The notes beneath the pieces are model-generated. The model was not told the DNA's origin. It did not search any database and was given only the letters and a program-made list of their open reading frames with translations. 64,000 nucleotides of DNA from Longimicrobiales bacterium (GTDB lineage: Bacteria; Gemmatimonadota; Gemmatimonadetes; Longimicrobiales; Gaopeijiaceae): assembly GCA_965202805.1 (NCBI GenBank), contig OZ241869.1, positions 2,880,001-2,944,000 on the forward strand, given 5' to 3'. The position numbers and the translations under genes are program-made. Below, piece by piece: positions 57,185-64,000 of this stretch. The first letter of the stretch is position 1; each line of letters opens with the position of its first letter.

Positions 57185-58258
57185 GTGCAGTCTCGCCCGG
57201 GAGGGCCTCTTGCGCTTTCCGTGCTTCTCGCCGGTATCGTGGGCACGGCGTGCAGCGAAGAGGTGCCGTCGGATCCCAGGGAACTCTGGTCGGAAGAGGA
57301 TGTCGTAGCCGAGCGCACCTTCCTCCCCGCCGAGATGGACAGCCTGTGGTCCATCGGCGGAACCGCAGCCGATACGCTTCTGCTCAATCCATACTGGATG
57401 TCCGCTGGCGCAGAGGGCGTTACGCTGTGGGACGGGGGCCGCAACGCTCTGGTCCGGATCTCGGCGGAAGGTGAACTACTGTGGACCTTCGGTCGCCAGG
57501 GAGGAGGACCGGGCGAGTTTCGCACGGTTCGAGGCATCGCGCAGTTGCCGGGCGGGGGAGTCGCCGTCGTCGACAACGTCAACGAGCGGCTCACCGTCGT
57601 TGACCGCGATGGCCGGTTGGCGGGCGAGACGAACCTGAGCGGCATGGCGCCGGAATCGGTCGCGAGCCTGGACGACGGCAGCCTGGTCATGCTGACGAGC
57701 CTCGCCGAACCGGCGTTTCTGGTCTCCGACGAGAACGGAGCCATCGTCGATTCGGTGGACTTCCCCTCGCGCCAATACCGGGATCTTCCGCCGATGGCGC
57801 GCCAGGGAAGGGTCATCGGCGCGGGCGCGGGATGGGTGTTCGGCTTCACGGCCGGCAACGGCTGGTGGCGTCTGGGCGGAGACCGCGCCGCCGAAGGCTT
57901 CCCCTATGCGGAACATGCGGATTTCCCTGGAATCGAGACTTCCGTCGGTCCAGCAACGATTGGCGGCCGAACGGTGAACGTGCGGCGGACGCGAACGACC
58001 GAGAGCGTTTTCACTGCGATGGACTTCGGGGCGCGCGGGGATACCCTGTTCGTCCACTACTACGGAGAAAGCAACGTGCGCGGGTACCTGCTTGACCTTT
58101 TCGGCCTGGCCAACGGCTCCTACCTGGGTTCGGTGCTGTTGCCCGCCTGGGCTCGCACCGTGGCGATAGGACCCGACGCGATCTACACGCTGGCCGCGGA
58201 CCCGTTTCCGGTTCTCACCGCTTACCGCATGACCGTCGGGGAGGACGTTGCCCGCTAG
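57185..58258 (+). CDS. 6-bladed (NHL-like) beta-propeller lipoprotein
   Basis: Lipobox GTAC; FGRQGGGPGEF motif; GTG start. Confidence 0.75.
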   Translation: MQSRPGGPLALSVLLAGIVGTACSEEVPSDPRELWSEEDVVAERTFLPAEMDSLWSIGGTAADTLLLNPYWMSAGAEGVTLWDGGRNALVRISAEGELLWTFGRQGGGPGEFRTVRGIAQLPGGGVAVVDNVNERLTVVDRDGRLAGETNLSGMAPESVASLDDGSLVMLTSLAEPAFLVSDENGAIVDSVDFPSRQYRDLPPMARQGRVIGAGAGWVFGFTAGNGWWRLGGDRAAEGFPYAEHADFPGIETSVGPATIGGRTVNVRRTRTTESVFTAMDFGARGDTLFVHYYGESNVRGYLLDLFGLANGSYLGSVLLPAWARTVAIGPDAIYTLAADPFPVLTAYRMTVGEDVAR

Positions 58259-58354
58259 CGCAGCGGGACAGCTCGCTTGCCACGACCGGCGCCCGATAGC
58301 ACGACGGGGCGCCCGCTCGATGCCGCGAGCACACGCGCGAGGGCGAAAACCGTC

Positions 58355-60886
58355 ATGAGCGAACGACGCATCGCACCGTCCCGAGCCAAGATCGCCGTCA
58401 TCGGCGCCGGCATCGTCGGCAATTGCCTGGTCGAGCACCTGGCGAGGCTCGGCTGGGATGACCTGGTGCTGATCGACAAGGGCCCGCTTCCCAATCCCGG
58501 AGGGTCCACCGGGCACGCGTCCAACTTCATCTTTCCGACGGATCACGGGCGCGAAATCGCGCTGATCACGCTCGAAAGCCAGCGCCAGTATGAAGCGCTC
58601 GGCGCCAACACGACCTGCGGGGGAATCGAGGTCGCACGGACCGGTGAGCGCATGGAGGAACTGCGGCGGCGGATGACTTCGGCGCGTGTGTGGGGCATCG
58701 AGAGCTACCTGCTGACGCCGGCGGAAGTCCTCGCCAGGGTGCCGTTCGTCAACCCGGACGTGATCCTCGGGGGCTTCTACACTCCGAGCGTGTCCGTCGT
58801 AGACTCGGTCGGGGCGGGCACGATCATGCGCGAGCGGGCGCTGGCGAGGGGCGCGCTCACCGTGCTGGACGAGACCGAGGTGATCGGGCTCGAGGTGGAG
58901 CCGGTGCCGTTTGCCCGCCCGCGCATCCGGGCGGTGGCCACGACCCGCGGGACCATCGAGGTGGACCACGCGATCATCGCCTGCGGCGTCTGGAGCCCGC
59001 GCATCGCGGCGATGGCCGGCGCCACCATCCCGCTCACCCCGGCGGTGCACCAGATGGCCGATTTCGGCCCGGTCGAACTTCTGCTCGGGACCGGCAACGA
59101 GATCGGCTATCCCATCGTGCGCGACATGGACGCGTTCATGTACGAACGCCAGAGCGACGGGGCCATGGAGGTTGGCTCGTACGCGCATCGTCCCATTCTG
59201 ATGCACCCCGACCACATCCCCTCCGTCGCCGAGGCGGAGCGCTCCCCTACCGAGCTGCCTTTCACGTCCGGGGACTTCGCGCCGCAACTGGAGCACGCGC
59301 GCGAGATCATGGGCAAGCTCCTGGCCGGCACCGAGATGGAGTATGCGGTCAACGGTCTGCTCTCTCTCACGCCCGACACGCAGCAGCTGCTGGGCGAGAC
59401 CGCCGAGGTAGCCAACCTCTGGTCGGCGGCGGCGGTGTGGGTGCGGGAAGGTCCCGGCTCGGCGCGCCTCATCGCCGAGTGGATGACGCACGGCTATCCG
59501 CGTCTGCTGGATCCGCACGAATCGGATGTGACGCGGTTCCAGCCGCACGAGCGCACCGGGCATCATGTCCGGGCACGCTGCCGCGAGCACTTCCGCAAGA
59601 CCTACGGCATCGTGCATCCGCGCGAACAGTGGGAGTCCGCGCGCGGCGTCAACCGCTCGCCCTTCCACCCTCGAACCGAGGCGCTGGGAGCCGAATACTA
59701 CGAGGCCCGGGGATGGGAGCGGCCGCAGTGGTACGCCTCGAACGAGGATCTGGTCGCGCGCTACGACGTTCCGGACCGCCCGCACGAGTGGGACCGGCGC
59801 TGGTGGTCGCCCATCATCAACGCGGAACACCTGCACCTGCGCGAGAAGGTGGGCGTCGTGGATCTGGGCGCGTTCCAGGTCTTCGATGTCTCCGGGCCCG
59901 GTGTGCTCCCGTACCTGGAGCGGATGACGGTCAACCCCTGCGACCGTCCGGTCGGCAGCTCGATCTACACGCCGCTGCTCACGCCGGACGGAGGCTTTCG
60001 CGCCGACCTGACCGTCCAGAGGCTCGCGCAAGACCGGTTTCGCGTCGTAACCGGGGTGTTCGACGGAGCTCGCGACGCGTTCTGGTTTCGCAGGCAACTG
60101 CCGGCCGACGGATCGGTGCAGTTCGAGGACCGGTCGTCGGCAATCACCACCCTCGGCGTGTGGGGACCCGATGCGCAGGCGCTTCTCGCCGGCGTCGCCG
60201 ACTGCGGGGTCAGCCAGGAGGAGTTCCCGTACGGGACAGTGCAGGACGTCCTCATCGAGGGGATCCCCGCCACCATGCTGCGCCTCTCCTACGTGGGCGA
60301 GAGCGGATGGGAGATCTACACGCGCACGGAGCACGGCCTGGCGCTCTGGGACGCCATCTGGCGCGTCGGCCGCGAATTCGACGCGCGGCCGGTGGGGATC
60401 GGTGTGTACGGCACCACCGGCCGCATGGAGAAGGGCTACCTGCTCATGGGCGCCGAACTCACTTCCGAGTACTCTCCGGTCGAGGCCGGGCTGGCGCGGC
60501 GCCACGTGAAGCGGCCCGACTTCATCGGCAAGGCCGCCTACCTGAGGGCCCGCGAACGGGGGCCGGTGGCGAGGGCCTGCACGCTCACCATGGACGACCA
60601 CACGAGCGCGTCCGGCCTCGCGCGTTTCCCCACCGGCGGGAATGAGCCGGTCCTGACCCTCGACGGGGACCGCATCGTGGACGCGCTGGGGAGGGAATCG
60701 CGCGTCACCTCCGCCGGGATGGGCCCGTCCCTGGGCAAGTATCTCCTGATGGCCTGGCTGCCGGCCGAGGTGGCCCGCGTCGGCGAGCGGCTGCAGGTGA
60801 TGTACATGAACGAACGTTTTCCGGTCACGGTGGCCGCGGTCGGCACAGCGCTATTCGACCCGTCCGGGAGCCGGATGAGAGGATAG
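58355..60886 (+). CDS. Dimethylglycine/sarcosine dehydrogenase-like FAD oxidoreductase-GcvT fusion
   Basis: VIGAGIVG, GSTGHAS, SLTPD, GWERPQWY, LSYVGESGWE, RMEKGY, FDPSGSRMR. Confidence 0.9.
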   Translation: MSERRIAPSRAKIAVIGAGIVGNCLVEHLARLGWDDLVLIDKGPLPNPGGSTGHASNFIFPTDHGREIALITLESQRQYEALGANTTCGGIEVARTGERMEELRRRMTSARVWGIESYLLTPAEVLARVPFVNPDVILGGFYTPSVSVVDSVGAGTIMRERALARGALTVLDETEVIGLEVEPVPFARPRIRAVATTRGTIEVDHAIIACGVWSPRIAAMAGATIPLTPAVHQMADFGPVELLLGTGNEIGYPIVRDMDAFMYERQSDGAMEVGSYAHRPILMHPDHIPSVAEAERSPTELPFTSGDFAPQLEHAREIMGKLLAGTEMEYAVNGLLSLTPDTQQLLGETAEVANLWSAAAVWVREGPGSARLIAEWMTHGYPRLLDPHESDVTRFQPHERTGHHVRARCREHFRKTYGIVHPREQWESARGVNRSPFHPRTEALGAEYYEARGWERPQWYASNEDLVARYDVPDRPHEWDRRWWSPIINAEHLHLREKVGVVDLGAFQVFDVSGPGVLPYLERMTVNPCDRPVGSSIYTPLLTPDGGFRADLTVQRLAQDRFRVVTGVFDGARDAFWFRRQLPADGSVQFEDRSSAITTLGVWGPDAQALLAGVADCGVSQEEFPYGTVQDVLIEGIPATMLRLSYVGESGWEIYTRTEHGLALWDAIWRVGREFDARPVGIGVYGTTGRMEKGYLLMGAELTSEYSPVEAGLARRHVKRPDFIGKAAYLRARERGPVARACTLTMDDHTSASGLARFPTGGNEPVLTLDGDRIVDALGRESRVTSAGMGPSLGKYLLMAWLPAEVARVGERLQVMYMNERFPVTVAAVGTALFDPSGSRMRG

Positions 60887-60913
60887 CCTTCACCGCGAGC
60901 CCATTGTGTGGAC

Positions 60914-61007
60914 CCGCCGCCCTTCAGGCCTTGCCGTCCTTCAGCCCCCGCCCCTAAGGCCCCGCCGCCCTTAGGGCCCCGCCGTCCTTCAGGCCTCGCC
61001 GTCCTTC
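60914..61007 (+). repeat. About 6 degenerate 17-bp tandem repeats (consensus CCGCCGTCCTTCAGGCC) spanning the DUF222 gene stop
   Basis: Units at 60914, 60931, 60948 (14 bp), 60962, 60979 and 60996 (partial). Confidence 0.8.
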
Positions 61008-62824
61008 CTCCAGAGGCACAGCATTGCCCAGTCCCAGTCGATGCGTTCGCCCGTCCACAGCGAGTCGCCGGTCCAGGCGTCGATGCCGTCCCGGCCGTGC
61101 CAGCGGGCCAGGCCGAAGTCCTGAGCCGGGGGCGCCGAGTGGTCGGCCAACGGCGCCGACGAGTCGGACGGCGGCGCCGAAGAGGCCATCGAGACCGATG
61201 GCGGTGCCGGGGAGGCCATCCGGAGTGCCGCCGGAGACGTCGGGGGTGCCGGCGAGGGCTTTCGGAGTGTCGGCGAGTGTTTCGGGGGTGCGGGCGAATG
61301 CTCCTTTAGTGTCAGCGAGTCGCCGCGGGGCACCAGCGCGCCGATGTCCGGGGAGGCAGGCACCACGGGCAGCGGGACACCCAGGGGGTTGAAGAAGCGC
61401 GGAGCCCCCCATTCGTCCATCTTCACCCGCCAGCCCCCTTCGTGGACCGCGCGGTGGTGGAGGGGGCACAGCAACACGAGGTTGTTCATGGCGGTCTCTC
61501 CGCCCTCGGCCCACGGGGTGATGTGGTGAGCGTGCGTGCGCGCGCGCGAGTCGCATCCGGGGAAGCGGCACCCGCCATCGCGGGCCTCGAGAGCCTTGCG
61601 CAGCCTCCAGCCCACGGTCCGTCGCCGTCGCCCGACATCGAGCACGGTGCCGTCGCGCGCCCGCGCGATGGGCACCACCTCGGCATCGCACGCGAGCCGC
61701 AAAGACGTTTCAGCTGAAACGCGCGAACCGTCCTCCGTGACCAGAACGATCGACGCGCCCTGTTGCCGCTCCTTCTGCTGTTGCCGCTCCTCCCGCTCCT
61801 CCGGCTGTTCCTGCTGTTCCGGCTCCCGCTGGCGTTGCGGCTCCTCCTGTTGTTGCGGCGTCTCCCGCTTCTCCTGGCGTTCCGGCTCCCGCTGTTGTTG
61901 CGGCTGTTCCCGCTCCTGCTGCTGTTCCTGATTCGGGTGTTCGCCGCCTTCGAACGAGTGGACCACGAGCTGGACCTGGGGCTGCACCCGCTCCTCCAGC
62001 CAAAGCCCCAGGGCATCCGCCCGGCGTTGCACCGCCGTGGTCTTGTGCTCGGTTCCGGCGCTGCGCTCGGCGCGGTAGAGCCGGGTCTCCGCCGCCTCGA
62101 GCGCCTTCAGGAGCAGGGCGCCCACCTCGGGGGCGAGCCGGCCCCGCACTTCGTAGCTGCCGTCGTCGGTGAGCCACAGCGAGAGGCCGCGGCGCTCCGC
62201 ACGGTCGGCCCGGGAAGCTTCGCCCCGGTCGATGCGGCGCCAATGGCGGACCAGCGTCTCCACCTGCGCGGTGGTGCCGTGGCGGGCGAAGTCGAGGAGT
62301 CTGGCCTCGTTTTCCGGGTTGGCGATGCGGGTCATGGCCCGCACCTTCGAGTACGAGATCTCGCCCGTCGCGAAGGCTTCGGGGATGAGCGAAAGGGAGG
62401 GCAGGCAGCGGGCCACGCGCACCTTCTCGCGGGCGGGACCGAGCGAGATGCCGGTGCGCCAGGAGAGCCAGTGGGCGCAGGAGCGGAAGCCGTGCCAGCG
62501 CTCCTCTTCGTCGTAGACCCTCAGCAGGCAGAGGAGCCGGTATGTGGCGGCGGTGATGTGGGCGCTGAGCAGGGCGATCTCGTCGCCGAGGGGATCGATG
62601 TCCAGGCTGGCCCCGCCAATGGGCGTGATCGAAGCGGCTTCGGCCGGGGCGAGTGCGCGGGTAGCGGGTTGACCCGGGGCGGGAGAAGCTGGCGAAGGAG
62701 GAGCTGGGGCAGGAAGAGCTGGCGAAGGAGATGCCGGGGGAGGAAGGGTTGGCGAAGCAGGGGCTGGCGAAGGAGCAGCTGCGGAAGGAAGAGTCGGGGA
62801 GAGTGCGGCGGCGGCAGTGGACAT
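60989..62824 (-). CDS. DUF222 (REP13E12-like) + HNH endonuclease with low-complexity insertions
   Basis: SCAHWLSWRTG, ISYSKVRA, RRADAL, RLACDA, LDVGRRRR, ARDGGCRFPGC...HAHHITPWAEGGET..NNLVLLCPLHHRAVH. Confidence 0.9.
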   Translation of the reverse strand: MSTAAAALSPTLPSAAAPSPAPASPTLPPPASPSPALPAPAPPSPASPAPGQPATRALAPAEAASITPIGGASLDIDPLGDEIALLSAHITAATYRLLCLLRVYDEEERWHGFRSCAHWLSWRTGISLGPAREKVRVARCLPSLSLIPEAFATGEISYSKVRAMTRIANPENEARLLDFARHGTTAQVETLVRHWRRIDRGEASRADRAERRGLSLWLTDDGSYEVRGRLAPEVGALLLKALEAAETRLYRAERSAGTEHKTTAVQRRADALGLWLEERVQPQVQLVVHSFEGGEHPNQEQQQEREQPQQQREPERQEKRETPQQQEEPQRQREPEQQEQPEEREERQQQKERQQGASIVLVTEDGSRVSAETSLRLACDAEVVPIARARDGTVLDVGRRRRTVGWRLRKALEARDGGCRFPGCDSRARTHAHHITPWAEGGETAMNNLVLLCPLHHRAVHEGGWRVKMDEWGAPRFFNPLGVPLPVVPASPDIGALVPRGDSLTLKEHSPAPPKHSPTLRKPSPAPPTSPAALRMASPAPPSVSMASSAPPSDSSAPLADHSAPPAQDFGLARWHGRDGIDAWTGDSLWTGERIDWDWAMLCLWRKDGEA

Positions 62825-62992
62825 CGGCGTCGGATTCCGGAGCTTCGGGGGTGAATGGCTGGTGGCTTACCTTCTTGTACCCCGTTATTCGGGGTTTGTT
62901 CGGTTGCCTTGCGCGCAGATCGCCGGCCTCGGAGTGCAGGACAGTTGTTGCCGCCGGACGGCTGACGGATCGGCCCGGAGGTTGCCGTAACC

Positions 62993-64000
62993 CTAGATCG
63001 CCGCGTCCTCGCCCCGCGCATGGGCCAGCTCACGCGCGCTCGGGTTGGCCGAGGGCCGGAACGGAACCTCGCAAACCCGCGCCCAGTCCGGTCTGCCCGG
63101 CTCGCTCGCATACTCGTCCGGCAGCTGGACGGCAAGCTCCGTCCCGACGTCGGACATCCCCAGGGGCACGTAGCCCAGGGCGATGTTGCATCCGAGCTCC
63201 GGAGCATGCCACGGCGAAGTCAGGTACCCGACCGGATCGCCGCCCTCGGTGTCGGACACCAGCCAGAAATCGGGCGCGTAGTCGTCGATAGGGCTGCCGC
63301 CCATCTTCATCCCCACCAATACCATGGAAAACGGCGGTTGCCCGGCCTCGATCCCGGCGCGCATCCTTTCGAGCGCGGCCCGGCCGATGTAGTCGCCCTT
63401 CTTCTCGCGGGGCACCTGGTAGCCGAGGTTGCACTGGAACGGGACGGTCTCGTGGTCCATGTCCTGTCCCCACGAGAGGATGCCCGCCTGAATGCGGCGC
63501 TGATGGCCCGGTGCGATCACCATGAGCTGATGCGCCTCGCCCGCTTCGAGCACGGCGTTCCACAGCTTCTCGGCGTGCAGGGTCGCGTCGCGCAGGTAGA
63601 TCTCGTAGCCCTTCTCGCCCGAAAAGCCGGATTGCGAGACGATCACCTGGCAGCCCGCGATCTCCGCTTCCAGGATCCCGTAATAGGGAATCCCGCGGAT
63701 CGCGTCGCCTACGAGGTCGGCCATCAGCGCCAGCGACTTCGGGCCCTGGATCTGCAGCGGACACACGTCGATTTCGTCGATCTCGACATCCATCCCCATC
63801 CCGACGTTGACGCCCTGCAGCCAGAACAGCAGGTCGGAGTCGGCCAGCGAGAACCAGAACTCGTCCTCGGACAGGCGCAGCAGCACCGGGTCGTTGAGGA
63901 TGCCGCCCCGCTCGTTGCAGAGGATGACGTACTTCCCGTGCATCGCCTCGATGCGGGTGGCGTCGCGCGTGATGACGTAGTCGGTGAACCGCTCGGCATC
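62993..64000 (-). CDS. GcvT-family aminomethyltransferase/demethylase, 5'-truncated by the window edge
   Basis: Frame open to the window end (DAERFTDYVITRD...); GGILNDPVLLRL, QIQGPKS, GFSGEKGYE, RRIQAGILSWGQD. Confidence 0.88.
   Translation of the reverse strand, partial: DAERFTDYVITRDATRIEAMHGKYVILCNERGGILNDPVLLRLSEDEFWFSLADSDLLFWLQGVNVGMGMDVEIDEIDVCPLQIQGPKSLALMADLVGDAIRGIPYYGILEAEIAGCQVIVSQSGFSGEKGYEIYLRDATLHAEKLWNAVLEAGEAHQLMVIAPGHQRRIQAGILSWGQDMDHETVPFQCNLGYQVPREKKGDYIGRAALERMRAGIEAGQPPFSMVLVGMKMGGSPIDDYAPDFWLVSDTEGGDPVGYLTSPWHAPELGCNIALGYVPLGMSDVGTELAVQLPDEYASEPGRPDWARVCEVPFRPSANPSARELAHARGEDAAI

Noticed and set aside
60914..61007. Possible CRISPR array
   Set aside because: Units are 14-17 bp, degenerate and contiguous with no spacers; no cas genes in the window.

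Overview
High-GC (visually about 70%) bacterial chromosome segment, mostly housekeeping and catabolic genes. Tandem PQQ-propeller lipoproteins, NHL/TPR proteins, an AAA-ATPase-nuclease, a DUF222-HNH gene, Na+-coupled transporters and GcvT-family enzymes suggest a marine, possibly sponge-associated Gemmatimonadota-like organism (inference only). Recognisable modules: a 4-hydroxybenzoyl-CoA-reductase-like Mo enzyme operon interrupted by a DUF1460 amidase gene; a sufC-B-D-Rieske-S-U operon with a Fur-box-like palindrome; ligA; a Chlamydia/plastid-type FabI; tRNA-Glu(CTC) and tRNA-Val(CAC); a nucleoside-type ABC transporter; and an LmbE-small protein-SSS symporter unit. The best candidate for a new system is 28.4-32.6 kb. 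There a phage-type T4 Rnl2-like RNA ligase sits directly upstream of a VapBC toxin-antitoxin pair and head-to-head with the DNA ligase. The 417-bp spacer between the two ligases holds several hairpins and a symmetric pair of extended -10 elements. No CRISPR array, rRNA, integrase or classical transposase was seen. All calls come from reading motifs by eye; no database search was run.
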